The notes: generated from the sequence alone by a model not told the origin. A DNA stretch of 64,000 nt from an uncultured delta proteobacterium (GCA_963745835.1 CAVUZH010000015.1:96001-160000), one strand, 5' to 3'; shown: positions 39,441 through 50,258, counted from the first letter of the stretch. Program-made: numbers and translations.

Positions 39441-39676
39441 AGAAGTCGAGCCACAGGCTCACCGGCGTAAGGATGGATAATTCCAAATAATTCCTCTAGT
39501 AGGCGGGGAACGCTAGGCAGGGGCAACAGGCGCTGAGAATCTCTGGCTATGGACAATATTGACCAAATATTACAATTTTCGTCTACTCGAGATTCTCCGA
39601 GAACGGATAAGACTGCATTAAATACGGAAGGTGTGAGGGATGCGCGATACTGAGGTTGAGTTCAGTCCGCTCAGGA

Positions 39677-41170
39677 TCAAACGGGTCGCGCGCGCGTTCG
39701 CGTATAGCGACCTTCGATCTCGCCCAGCTCCTTCGCCCATTTTGCGGAGTATTCTTTACGGGTTTCGTCGCTGATCGCGCTGGTTGCTGGAAAACGATCA
39801 CGCCACTCGTAAGGCCGCACTGCTTCAATGATCATGCGCGAGTTATGTCCCTTTTGGCCCGGCTGAATGATCGGATCGAGGGGACCACTCCATGTGCGGC
39901 GCAGGATGTCGACCGAGGTTGCCGGGTCGGAGCGAGTAGCTATGGCCCAGACAACTTCATTTATGTTTGTAATATCGATGTCCTCATCGACGACAATCAC
40001 GTACCGACCGAGGTAGGCACCCGCATGACATTGCGATGCCACCAAGGCAGCTTGCTTTGCATGGCCTGGATAGCGTTGCTTAATCGCTACAACAATCATG
40101 AAGCGCTGCGCCGGCGGCGGTAGATAGACACCACGAATATCGGGCACGCCGGCTTGCTCCATCCCGTTCCATACTGTAGCGGCGCGCAAACAGGAACGAT
40201 ACATGCCATGAATTGTCGGTTTGAAAGGAGCGGCACCGCAAATGATCGGGTCATTTCGATAATATAACGCCTTAACGCGCACAAACGGCTCGGCGCGGCG
40301 AGCGCTAGCGTAATAACCAGGCCATTCGCCAAACGGACCTTCCGGGAGCATTTCCCCGGGGACAATTTCGCCTTCGATCGCAATTTCCGCCGATGCCGGG
40401 AAATGGAGTCCAGTGAGAGGCCCCTTGATAACGTCGATGGGCTGCCCCAGGATCCCGCCCGTCCAGTCATATTCATTAACGCCGAAGGGCACGGCCTGGG
40501 ACGCTGCTATGAATAGCAATGGATGTTGCCCAAACACCATGGCAACCGGAAATGATTTACCGGCTTTCATCGCCTTCTCATAGTGCATTCGTCCATGTTT
40601 ACCCGGCGAGATATAAAGTCCGACCTTGTCCTTATCCTGAAGCATGACGCGGTAACAGCCGACGTTTTCCAGCCCAGTCTCCGGATCACGAGTAATCACG
40701 AGATGCGCCGTTCCCAAATAGCGCCCCCCGTCGCCCTCGTGCCAGCGCGGCACAGGAAATCTGAACAAATCAACTTGGTCTCCGCGTTCAACATTTTCCA
40801 TTACAGCGCCAGTGGAGACGACATTTGGTTTGATCGGTTGAAGCGCTCGAAGCCTTGCCCGCAGAGCATCGATTAAGGGTATCGTGTTGAGGTCAATCGG
40901 CAGATTCAGAGTCACCGCGGTGCGTTCCAAGCTCTCCAGCATATTGGCAAGAACTCGGCAATTCGGCTCGTAACCGGGAACAGAATCGAACATGACGGCC
41001 GGCGGCGTAGGCATTCGCTCGAGTATAATCTCGGTAAGCGCGCCGAGTTCCACATCCCAGTGAGCGCCAGAGATGCTCGCCAATTGTCCCGCGGCTTCCA
41101 CTTCTCTGAGCCAATCGCGCAGATCGCAGGCGGCAACGCTTTGAGTTTTGCTGGCCAGTGCAGTAGACAT
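39677..41170 (-). CDS. UbiD-family (prFMN-dependent) decarboxylase
   Basis: DLRDWL, DGGRYLGT, NVGCYR, EGPFGEWPGYY, VVDEDID..WAIATR. Confidence 0.94.
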   Translation of the reverse strand: MSTALASKTQSVAACDLRDWLREVEAAGQLASISGAHWDVELGALTEIILERMPTPPAVMFDSVPGYEPNCRVLANMLESLERTAVTLNLPIDLNTIPLIDALRARLRALQPIKPNVVSTGAVMENVERGDQVDLFRFPVPRWHEGDGGRYLGTAHLVITRDPETGLENVGCYRVMLQDKDKVGLYISPGKHGRMHYEKAMKAGKSFPVAMVFGQHPLLFIAASQAVPFGVNEYDWTGGILGQPIDVIKGPLTGLHFPASAEIAIEGEIVPGEMLPEGPFGEWPGYYASARRAEPFVRVKALYYRNDPIICGAAPFKPTIHGMYRSCLRAATVWNGMEQAGVPDIRGVYLPPPAQRFMIVVAIKQRYPGHAKQAALVASQCHAGAYLGRYVIVVDEDIDITNINEVVWAIATRSDPATSVDILRRTWSGPLDPIIQPGQKGHNSRMIIEAVRPYEWRDRFPATSAISDETRKEYSAKWAKELGEIEGRYTRTRARPV

Positions 41171-41201
41171 CGAGGACTTCCTTTCGTTCCGGTTGTGAAA
41201 C

Positions 41202-42206
41202 TCATTCGAAGAGTTTCAAAGTACTAGGACAGAACAACTCATCAGGCGCAATTTGCTTCGCGCTGATGCCTTGTGCATAGCAGTAGGCGAGAAACTTATC
41301 GATCACGTGCCGATTCGCCTCCAAGCCGTACTCCCAGGGATCGGTTTGAAAAATCTTTTCTTCTTCAGACAAATAATGATTCGGCCAAGCCTCAACCAAA
41401 CTGGGAATCGTCCTCCGCCACTGCTGTGCCCAGCGTTTGGCATGTGAGTAAAGGCGAAAAAGGTTCTCCGGCAGTTCCGGATGCTGATCAGCCAAATCCT
41501 TTCGCAATGCGACAACATGCATAATCGGGAAAATTCTCGTCTTCCGGAAGTAGCTGGCCTCCACCTCCCGCGGATTATTGAATAATCGGCCGACTGCGTC
41601 ATTCGCTAGCAACGTTGGCAGCTGCGACTCTGTTACTCCGAGGGCGTCAACTTCGCCGTCGAACAATGCGCGACAAGCGCTCTCGGATGCATTCTTTCCC
41701 GTGCTTTCGATCCGATGAATAATCGAACCGTCGCGCGGCTGGACTGTGGCACCGGGATCTACATCGTCCCAATGATGCATTGAAGCAATACACCATTTAG
41801 TGGCAGAGGCCGAAACACCGTATTCATCGATAAGCATGCCGCGCATCCATATCGCCGCTGTTTGCACCCAGCGTAGAAATCCTACTCTTTTGCCGCTCAG
41901 ATCACCTGGACTGTTCACCCCGGCAGAGCGGCGGCAAAATATAAATCCATGCCGAAACATTCTGGAGGGAAAGACCGGAATGCCGATGAATTCAGCTTTG
42001 GATCGTGAAGTATAGTAAATCAGCTCGCCCAGCGACATTTCGCCAACGTCATACTGACCTTTGAACATTCCGGCGAACATACCAGCGACATCGCTCGTCT
42101 CGGTAATGTGCAGCTCAAATCCCGGAACCTGCATTTGGCCGCGCACGATCGGCAGAATGCCATCGTAAGTGCGACTCGCGAGCCTAATGCTTGTTGTAGA
42201 AGCCAT
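41202..42206 (-). CDS. 4,5-dihydroxyphthalate decarboxylase-like protein (Pht5/OphC type, PBP fold)
   Basis: DVGEMSL, IPVFPSRMFRH, QTAAIWMRG, IFPIMH, DPWEYGLEAN. Confidence 0.85.
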   Translation of the reverse strand: MASTTSIRLASRTYDGILPIVRGQMQVPGFELHITETSDVAGMFAGMFKGQYDVGEMSLGELIYYTSRSKAEFIGIPVFPSRMFRHGFIFCRRSAGVNSPGDLSGKRVGFLRWVQTAAIWMRGMLIDEYGVSASATKWCIASMHHWDDVDPGATVQPRDGSIIHRIESTGKNASESACRALFDGEVDALGVTESQLPTLLANDAVGRLFNNPREVEASYFRKTRIFPIMHVVALRKDLADQHPELPENLFRLYSHAKRWAQQWRRTIPSLVEAWPNHYLSEEEKIFQTDPWEYGLEANRHVIDKFLAYCYAQGISAKQIAPDELFCPSTLKLFE

Positions 42207-42331
42207 TCAGTTAACCAGGTGGAGTTAGTTCATAATTATCTTTAGTGACTACCGCTGCGCAGAAGTCGCCGGCACTCTCTAGGAACGAACGTCGGATGAA
42301 GTTCATGCTCCATGAGAACTAAGAATGTACT

Positions 42332-43348
42332 TCATTCAGTATTCTTGCTGCCGTTGCCGAACTCTTCGCGATAGAGTTGCAGTGTTTCCATCACCGGACG
42401 GTCATTAATCGAAAAAAGAATCGCTTCTTCTTCGAATGGGTTTTCGTGTGAATGCCACTGCCAAAGCGGGATCACGAAAGAATCGCCTTTTTTCCATTCG
42501 AGATGACTTTCTCCTACGGCACTCCGGCCCCGGCCTTTAAAAACATGGTAAACTGTCGTGCTCGTATGCCTATGTGAGTTGGTTATGCATTTCGGCTTGA
42601 AAAGCTGTATCTCACACGACATCGTTGGATAAGTATACCCGCCCGTGGCGGGATTGATGTAACGCAGCAAAGTTCCATCGTATGGATCCTGCTCGCTTCT
42701 GCTCAGGAGTTTGAGCGTTTTGTAGGTATCCTGCCATGCATACCGGAAGGGAACACCGCGAGATTGCGTGTTATTCAGTTTCGGCGCGCGCGCAAAGCCT
42801 AGACGGCTCAGCGATTCGCCGGTTGCGCGTGTGATCGGTAGTTCGGGTTTTTCGGACTCCTCGAAGAACAGAACGTTCAGCGCTTGGATCAATGGGCCGT
42901 CCAAGCCGTCGAGCCAGATGATTGGATCTTCTGACTCGTTGTGATGCTCGTGCCAGGTCCAGTTGGGTGTCAGAACCAAATCACCCTCTTCCATAGGAAA
43001 TTTTTCACCCTGAACCGCGGTATAAGCACCCTTCCCTTGGACAACGAAGCGGATCGCAGCCATGTTATGGCGATGCGCTCTCGCGACTTCTCCCGGATTG
43101 ACGATCGAGAATGTGAGCTGCACGGTGTGAGAGGTCGATTTGTTTGGTACGTGCGGGCTTACCAGCCGAATGGCGCGACGCTCCGCCTGCTCGATCCCGA
43201 TCGTCTCGCTTGCCTTCAACAAGCCATCCAGCAGCGCCTCCCATTTCCAGAGGTACGGCGCTTCCGCGGAATGACCTGGAACACGCGTATTCCAGAAGCC
43301 GGCTAGTTGGTTTTTTGCTAACTGGCCGTCTAACTCGGCTAGTTTCAT
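42332..43348 (-). CDS. gentisate 1,2-dioxygenase-like bicupin
   Basis: AERRAI, PGEVARAHRH..AIRF, LTPNWTWHEH, WLDGLD, YINPATGG, HRHT. Confidence 0.9.
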   Translation of the reverse strand: MKLAELDGQLAKNQLAGFWNTRVPGHSAEAPYLWKWEALLDGLLKASETIGIEQAERRAIRLVSPHVPNKSTSHTVQLTFSIVNPGEVARAHRHNMAAIRFVVQGKGAYTAVQGEKFPMEEGDLVLTPNWTWHEHHNESEDPIIWLDGLDGPLIQALNVLFFEESEKPELPITRATGESLSRLGFARAPKLNNTQSRGVPFRYAWQDTYKTLKLLSRSEQDPYDGTLLRYINPATGGYTYPTMSCEIQLFKPKCITNSHRHTSTTVYHVFKGRGRSAVGESHLEWKKGDSFVIPLWQWHSHENPFEEEAILFSINDRPVMETLQLYREEFGNGSKNTE

Positions 43349-43366
43349 AAGATTCTCCTGAGTGGT

Positions 43367-44074
43367 TTACGGCACTTTCGACATAGCTTGAGCCATTCCT
43401 CCAAAGTAAGCCCGATGAATGTCCATCGACTCTTTCGCGGTCTTCAGCACGTCTTGCTCACGCCCCGGCCGGACGTATTTTTCCAGTACATCGATAAACA
43501 TATCCGAATGTTTTACATCAGCCTTGCTGTGGGCTGTAAAGTTCGGCATTTGCGCATCGCTAAGGTTTAAATCCGTTTTCCAGATATTATACAAACGACT
43601 GCAATTCCCGCCGCCAAGGTCCCCCAGTAGCCGATCATCGTTGGTCCATTCCGCAATCGTCGATGCCGCGATTGCCTCCTGCCAGGGGCGGTTACGGGCA
43701 ATCCAGAACCAGGCGTAAATCGCCGCTGTCGTTGTCGGTAACGGTTCCGCATTCACGATCTCGTCCAAACTGAGCCCAACCTCCTTGCCTTGACGAAAAA
43801 TCAGATCGAGATGACCGTGCTTCGAGTGCTCATCCTCAACTAACTCCTCGTACTCATGAGAGAGAATTCGCTGTTTGACGTCGAATTCGGGGCAATTTGC
43901 AGCCACTTGCGGCCAGAAGTTACGGCGCTGCCGGACGTAGAGGCTCAGTTGCAAGAGATAGATTCGCGCCCGTTGCGTGGTCATTGCGATGGAATAGAAG
44001 TGCTCCATCTCAGAAGACCGAAACAAGTAGCGCACACATTCACCTAATTCCTGACGCCATTCCTGTGCTTTCAT
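43367..44074 (-). CDS. heme-oxygenase-like diiron enzyme (PqqC/CADD/TenA-like)
   Basis: HEYEEL..HLDL, IAEW, HSKADVKH pattern; AGGAGG RBS before ATG 44074. Confidence 0.75.
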   Translation of the reverse strand: MKAQEWRQELGECVRYLFRSSEMEHFYSIAMTTQRARIYLLQLSLYVRQRRNFWPQVAANCPEFDVKQRILSHEYEELVEDEHSKHGHLDLIFRQGKEVGLSLDEIVNAEPLPTTTAAIYAWFWIARNRPWQEAIAASTIAEWTNDDRLLGDLGGGNCSRLYNIWKTDLNLSDAQMPNFTAHSKADVKHSDMFIDVLEKYVRPGREQDVLKTAKESMDIHRAYFGGMAQAMSKVP

Positions 44075-44339
44075 GGAAGGTCCTCCTAAGGGGTGAATCA
44101 AAATGAGATTCGTCGAAATACACGATAGCCTCGCAAAAAGCCGCGCGGCCATGGGTCAACAATCTCGGCAATCAGTTGTAAGCACTAGCCGATCCGTTTA
44201 AGGATTGTCAAGTATTCGGGGCGAACCCATAACAATTGCGAATGCTTGATATTACGGAAGGCGCTTAGGTCGGTAAAGTGCCAGCCGTCTGACCTAAAGA
44301 AAGAAGACCACGAGACGGCAAATCGGTGTAGGAACAAAC

Positions 44340-45508
44340 ATGACGCCAGTTGAAAAACAAACCAACTTATTCCCACGCTTTTCCGATGAAGAGTACGTTT
44401 CCCCTATCGCGTCGTGCGTTAGGCCATGCAAGAACAAGACGTTCATGCATTCTAATTTTCGGTGCACGGGGCTCTTCCGAGGTCCACCTATATTTCGAAT
44501 TATCTCGCGCAATCACCCTGCTGGGTTTTGATTCCCCGCGATGGAGATGCCACCTGTTTTATTCACTTCTTCAATCATCAGCGCCGTGTGCTAAAGCCCA
44601 ATCGATTATTTCCGATGTGCGCTGGTACGGGCCTTCGCTATGCCGACGCTTGTTGAAGAGATCCGGCGTAAAGGCCTCGACAAGTGCAGAATTGGCTCGT
44701 GACTCTGCGCGCAATACCCTATGGCCACGTCACGGAACTCAAGCGTCTCCTTCCCGAAGCAGATCTCGTAGAGTTCGGTCCCTCATTTAACCGAATTCGG
44801 AGAGTCCGTAGCAAGGAGGAACTAATCTAACCTCAGGCGCAGTGGATTCTTGACCGATCTCGCCTGCATTGCGCTTGAGCAGCGTCTTCATCCTGGAATG
44901 AACGAGCAGGAGATTCTTGGGGTCATCTACGATGCCTACGTTAACACGGCGGCGACCCAGGCATCCACTTCATAGCAAAGCACCCGTATGGACGAGCCCG
45001 ACCGGTTTGTCCCTTGGCAGCGCGCAACCGAAAGAGTCTTGGAGACTGGCAGCGTCGTTATTACCGAATTGACTATGAGCTACTGGGCTATTCGACTCAA
45101 ATCCACCGTCCCTTTGCCGTGGGGCGCGAGCCCTCGGCGCTCTATCGTAAGCTCTTTGATGTCGCTCTAGAGTGTTACGAAAATGTCAAAAGTATTTGCC
45201 GGCCCGGTGTTACGAGCGAAGAACTCACACGGCGACTTCGGTAATTGAATAAAACGGATTCACGACTTAGTGATGTAATGCCTCGCCGCCTGTCGGTTTC
45301 ACCAGCACCGCGGCACCGAGTTGCAGTCCTGCTTTGCAGTCGCGGGGTGATCGGGTTGGGCTGGATGACGTGAACCATGTTTTCGATTAAGGTCCATGGT
45401 TCCAACGGATGAGCGGCGCTTCGTGTCCCTAATTCGGGCGCCTTTCCCGCTTCGCCGTGGAACACACTGTCATATCCTTTTAAATTTCCGGTTTGCGGGT
45501 GGTCATAG
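44340..45508 (+). pseudogene. M24/creatinase-like peptidase pseudogene with internal inversion
   Basis: FPRFSDEEY start, VRSKEEL, VVITEL, CRPGVTSEEL, ENMVHVIQPN; multiple stops and frameshifts; 45270-45472 inverted. Confidence 0.75.
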
Positions 45509-45694
45509 CCTAGCTGCTGACGCGGAGATCTAAGCCTTTGGGTTTGCTTCACCTAGAAATCGCTACGAAAGCGGTTCAGCCGCGGCGAGGTTACCACTCT
45601 TACATAACATTGGCGCGTACATGACCTCGGCGCGGAATTCTCGTCTAGTGACTTTGAAAGAGCGTCGTAGTTAAACTTATTTGAAGACTTTAGC

Positions 45695-45723
45695 TTGACA
45701 CGTCAGGTGATGATCCTTAGATT
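45695..45723 (+). promoter_or_regulatory. sigma70 promoter upstream of sigma factor gene
   Basis: TTGACA-N17-TAGATT. Confidence 0.6.
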
Positions 45724-46004
45724 TTACGATGCCCGCGACGCGACCAAGTAGCCAACGCCGTAACTCAAAGCCGAAGTTCCTGTGATCTCGTGATTCTCAC
45801 ATTATTCTCACATTAATGGAGACATGGCTTGTGGCCGTGTCTCAGTTATGAGAATTTATCAAGGAATGGCGCCGAAACAATTGAGAAGGCAAATGGCATC
45901 ATATTCGCTTCGATTTTTCTACTAAAACTGACGCCCATTACCGAAAAGAGCGCCGCCAGGCTGAGAAGTGAAGGCCCTTGTCGTCTAAACATTGAGGAGA
46001 AACC

Positions 46005-47534
46005 ATGCGGACAGATATCGAACCCAATCGACCCAACGATGAATTGTCGGAAGTCGAAAAAGATGAATCAGACGAGCTAGACGCAGATGAACCCGAGTTG
46101 GAGCTCAGTTCCGATGTTGCGACAGAGGAGGAACAGGTCGGGGAAGCCGAAGCGCAGCCTGAAGAAAAAGGACTGACAGTCGATCCAATTACCACCTACT
46201 TACATGAAATCGGATCCATTCCGCTACTTAGCCGAGAACGAGAAGTCGAGCTCGCCAGGAAAATGGATTTGGGCAAAAACGCGATCATTGAAGCCCTGTT
46301 TAATGCTCCCATGTGCCTGCACTATACGATCAGCCTTGGCGATGCTGTGGCCAGTGGAGAGCTCGATATCCGGGAAGTTTTAGAAAAATCGGACGCGGAG
46401 GAAGACGAGAACCGGGTAAGCTTCGATGCCAAGCCTTTTCTTAGAGCCATAAGCAAACTCAAGCGTCTCAGGCACGAACAAGATAAGGTTCGCCGGCAGC
46501 TGAATCAAAAACGCGTATCGGAACAGCGTCGGAACGCTCTCGACAAAACCCACGCAAATCTCGTCAACAGAATCGTCGGCCTACTGCGCGAGGTTGGGCT
46601 GTCCTCGTCCCGCCACGAATCCATGGTGCAGAAGCTGAAACAATCGTCCAAGAGCATCACCGAACTCGAGGAACGCGCACATGCGGCTACCAAGTCCAAG
46701 CGCGCCGGGCTCGTAACTGAAATTGAGCAAATTGAAGCCGGCGTCGGGCTTAGAGCGGGCGAAATACACGCGCTTGCTTCCCGAATTACTGAAACCGAGA
46801 GCTTAGTGAATGTAGCCAAAACCGAATTCACCGAAGCTAACCTCCGATTGGTTGTCAGCATCGCGAAGAAGTACACGAACCGAGGCTTGAGCCTACTGGA
46901 CTTGATTCAGGAGGGTAACCTCGGGCTAATGAGAGCGGTTGAGAAATTTGATTACCGCTTGGGGTACCGGTTCTCTACTTATGCAAGTTGGTGGATCCGA
47001 CAAGGGATCACACGCGGTTTGATCGATACCGGACGGATGATTCGCATTCCGGTCCACCGAGTTGAACTCAGGAACAAAGTTATTCAGACGGCTCATCATT
47101 TACAACGGACCCTGGGCCGGGAGCCTAAGCCGGAAGAACTGGCAAAAGAGATGGACATGTCTGTTCCAGAAATGCTTAGAGTCATGCAAACACAAGGCGA
47201 ACCTGTCTCGCTGCAGACACCGGTCTGGGAAGACGGTGATCAGCTCGCCGATTTCGTCGAGGACCGTATCAATCCTCAACCCGATAAAGAAGCAATGGAA
47301 GGAGTCCTGAGGACCGATGTCAGAAAAGCTCTGGCGGTTTTGACACCTCGGCAGGAAACTGTCTTGAGAATGCGCTTCGGTATCGAAGAAGAAAGAGATT
47401 ATACATTAGAGGAACTCGGGGAGATCTTTGCCGTTACCCGAGAGCGAATCCGGCAGATCGAGCAGAAATCACTTCAGATTCTGCGCAATCCTAATCGGCG
47501 GAAACCAATACCGTCGACCAGCGATGCGGCGTGA
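46005..47534 (+). CDS. RpoD-like sigma70 factor lacking region 1.1 (probable non-primary paralog)
   Basis: [54 protein letters not shown]. Confidence 0.92.
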   Translation: MRTDIEPNRPNDELSEVEKDESDELDADEPELELSSDVATEEEQVGEAEAQPEEKGLTVDPITTYLHEIGSIPLLSREREVELARKMDLGKNAIIEALFNAPMCLHYTISLGDAVASGELDIREVLEKSDAEEDENRVSFDAKPFLRAISKLKRLRHEQDKVRRQLNQKRVSEQRRNALDKTHANLVNRIVGLLREVGLSSSRHESMVQKLKQSSKSITELEERAHAATKSKRAGLVTEIEQIEAGVGLRAGEIHALASRITETESLVNVAKTEFTEANLRLVVSIAKKYTNRGLSLLDLIQEGNLGLMRAVEKFDYRLGYRFSTYASWWIRQGITRGLIDTGRMIRIPVHRVELRNKVIQTAHHLQRTLGREPKPEELAKEMDMSVPEMLRVMQTQGEPVSLQTPVWEDGDQLADFVEDRINPQPDKEAMEGVLRTDVRKALAVLTPRQETVLRMRFGIEEERDYTLEELGEIFAVTRERIRQIEQKSLQILRNPNRRKPIPSTSDAA

Positions 47535-47960
47535 CGCCCGCAGCGTCTCGATCAGACTTAGAGTGACATGCAGCGTAGCCTCTGCTCCTACTCGCGGAGG
47601 CTGCGCTGTTTTTTTGATGGACATCCAGAGCCGGTGTATTTCTGAATCGTTTGGGGGGACTCTATTACAGATGCAAGCACTTGCTCACCAAGCGCTTGAA
47701 CGGCCGACAACCGTTCGTTGCCCCCAAAAATTGCTCCCTTATATTGGTTGCCTACAAATGATCGGCTTTGGCGGCCAGAGACAAAAGGACCGATCCAGGA
47801 GATATTTGAACCTCGATCGAAGGCCGGGGAGCGCAGCGACTTTAGCACCGACCCGCTAGAGAAGCCTTCGTAAGTAGTTGCGTTCTCCCGACGTCGTTTT
47901 TCTTGCTCGAGTACTACCGGACGGATCACCTTGCAATCCGCGAGAATTCCACTCCCTCCC

Positions 47961-49340
47961 TTACGCTAACGGCTTCAATTCGCCGAGCATTGTCGGTATT
48001 AACTCTGTGACGGTCGGATGAATGTGCATGGCGCGCTGGATCACTGTATACGGCGCTTTGGCGTACATCACGTCCAGGATCGAATGAATAACCTCGTCGC
48101 ATTCGATACCGAGCAGGGCGGCGCCTAGGATCTCTTTGGTCTCGGCATCGACCAGAACTTTCATAAATCCCTGTGTCTCGCCTTTCTCGACCGCGCGGCC
48201 GACGCGCTCCATCGGACGCTTTCCAATCAAAGCTTTCCGCCCCGACTTTCGCACTTCAGCTTCAGTCAGCCCGGCTCGACCCAGCGGCGGATCAATATAG
48301 AGCGCGTAGGCCGTGATGCGGTCGCTCACGCGGCGCTGGTCACCATCCAAAAGATTGGCGGCGACAATTTCATAATCGTTGTATGAAGTATGAGTGAAGG
48401 CTCCTCGGCCGTTGCAATCGCCCAGGGCGTAGATGCCGCTCACGTTGGTGCGCAACTGATCATCCACCTTGATATAGCCGCGTTGATCCACAACAATGCT
48501 AGTGGTCTCCAAACCGAGGTCCTCGGTATTCGGCACGCGGCCCAGCGCGAGAAGCGCGTGCGATCCGATGATTGTTTTATCTCCGCTAGTGCAATCGACA
48601 TTGACGGCTAGCTTGTCCCCGCGCTTGTCCAGTGCGATGCATTCAGCGTTGAGTCGCATGTTGATGCCATCATTTTCCAGGATTGTCCTGATGGCTTCGG
48701 ACACGTCTTCGTCTTCACGTTGAATCAGGCGCGGCCCCATCTCGACCACCGTCACTCCACTGCCAAAGCGGCGGTACATCTGAGCAAACTCCAAACCCAC
48801 GTAGCTGCCGCCGACGACAATCAGATGCTCGGGCAGAAAGTCCACTTCCATGATGGTTGAGTTGGTGAAATAGCTCACCTGATCGAGGCCGGGGAGCGGC
48901 GGAGTGGCGGCGCGTCCGCCGACATTGATAAAGATTTTATTCGCTTCGAGCAATTTATCGCCGACACGAACCTGATACGTGTCTTCAAAGCGCGCATGAT
49001 CTTGATAGACCGTCAGTTTCTCAGTGCTCTTCAGCCACTTCTCTACGCCTTCATTCGAGCCACGCACGACAGCGTCTTTGCGCTCCTTGACTTTCTTCAT
49101 GTCAACATCGATCGAGCTGTCGATCCTCACGCCATACTCGCCGGCGTGTCGCGCGACATGAGCGGCGCGCGCACTTGCGACCAGTGTCTTGGTCGGGATG
49201 CAGCCGGTATTGACGCAGGTGCCGCCGAACCGCTTGCGCTCAATGATCGCCACTTTCATTCCTGTGCTTGCCAGCCGGACCGCGAGCGATGGCCCTGCCT
49301 GCCCAGTGCCGATGATGATCGCATCATATGTAGTTGCCAT
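47961..49340 (-). CDS. class I pyridine nucleotide-disulfide oxidoreductase (MerA/RclA-like, no C-terminal Cys pair)
   Basis: IGTGQAG, GGTCVNTGCIP, GGSYVGLE, IHPT. Confidence 0.9.
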   Translation of the reverse strand: MATTYDAIIIGTGQAGPSLAVRLASTGMKVAIIERKRFGGTCVNTGCIPTKTLVASARAAHVARHAGEYGVRIDSSIDVDMKKVKERKDAVVRGSNEGVEKWLKSTEKLTVYQDHARFEDTYQVRVGDKLLEANKIFINVGGRAATPPLPGLDQVSYFTNSTIMEVDFLPEHLIVVGGSYVGLEFAQMYRRFGSGVTVVEMGPRLIQREDEDVSEAIRTILENDGINMRLNAECIALDKRGDKLAVNVDCTSGDKTIIGSHALLALGRVPNTEDLGLETTSIVVDQRGYIKVDDQLRTNVSGIYALGDCNGRGAFTHTSYNDYEIVAANLLDGDQRRVSDRITAYALYIDPPLGRAGLTEAEVRKSGRKALIGKRPMERVGRAVEKGETQGFMKVLVDAETKEILGAALLGIECDEVIHSILDVMYAKAPYTVIQRAMHIHPTVTELIPTMLGELKPLA

Positions 49341-49602
49341 TAGATTGGGTCTCCCGAACCTTTTGATGAGGTTTTTACGTTCCGTACCTTCCGCTTCTTG
49401 TTTATGGTCACCTGCTAGACTGACGGCGATCAGCGGTAAATCATGTTATTAAGCCCGAATAGTTATCCGCGACCAATATTGGGAAAATTTCACGATGCAC
49501 TCTTCTGGAATCAACAGTCATTTCTTGTTTCATATGACTCGTGAGTCTTTTGTCTTGAATATCGATTTAGTTCTCGCATCTACCGGGAGCCGAACGCCCA
49601 GG

Positions 49603-49908
49603 TTATCCATAGATGACTACTCCCACGATCACAGCAGTATCCTGCAGGATCCAACCGATGCATGGCAAATAGATGTTTTTGTCGCTTTTCTGTTTTCCGA
49701 ACCATAACCAAAGGATGGCGGAAACCAGGTAAGCGCTCCACGTGAAGAGAGAAACCCCGGCCGCCTGCTGGCCGATCCATATGGTCAAGACTTGCGGGAT
49801 GGTCATGAGCATGGTGAAGACAGACATGGCTCCCAATAGACGACGCAGTCCTGCGTCGGAGCCAGAACGATGAACCGCAGCGGGCATCGGATTTGGATTC
49901 ATAGCCAT
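49603..49908 (-). CDS. PQ-loop/SemiSWEET-like small membrane protein
   Basis: MTIPQVLTIW..GVSLFTW, three TM segments. Confidence 0.65.
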   Translation of the reverse strand: MAMNPNPMPAAVHRSGSDAGLRRLLGAMSVFTMLMTIPQVLTIWIGQQAAGVSLFTWSAYLVSAILWLWFGKQKSDKNIYLPCIGWILQDTAVIVGVVIYG

Positions 49909-49983
49909 CTCCAAGGCAAATGTTTCGTTTTATTAGGAGCGCTTAAACCGTTCGGCAGGACCCGGATTCTTTACCGCCGAAGA

Positions 49984-50258
49984 TTAAACGAGCATCCCCT
50001 GCGTCTCATGACATAGCGCCAGGTCCAAGCGGCAGGCGGGATAGCGCGCATGACGGGATGTTGCATCTCATGGTAGTGTTTGGTCGCGTGCTTGCCCGTC
50101 GAGGAATCGCAACAGCCGACATGGCCGCACGATTGGTATTCGCCAAGAGCAACCCAAACAGTTTCCTGAGCGAGTCACTCTTCGCACGCACCGGGAGTTC
50201 TCTGCGCGGGAAAAGCGTCGGGCGTTAGCCCTTCAAAATGTTCACACAACTTTGCCAT
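49984..50258 (-). pseudogene. UBP-type zinc finger protein gene with in-frame TGA (not in ORF track)
   Basis: GGAGG RBS; MAKLCEH..GACEE*L..WVALGEYQSCGHVGCCDSSTGKHATKHYHEMQHPVMRA..WTWRYV. Confidence 0.8.

Noticed and set aside
47588-47929. 113-aa ORF between sigma factor and oxidoreductase
   Set aside because: No recognisable motif or RBS; cannot support as a gene
47961-49340. Mercuric reductase / mer operon
   Set aside because: No C-terminal Cys-Cys, no NmerA domain, no merR/T/P
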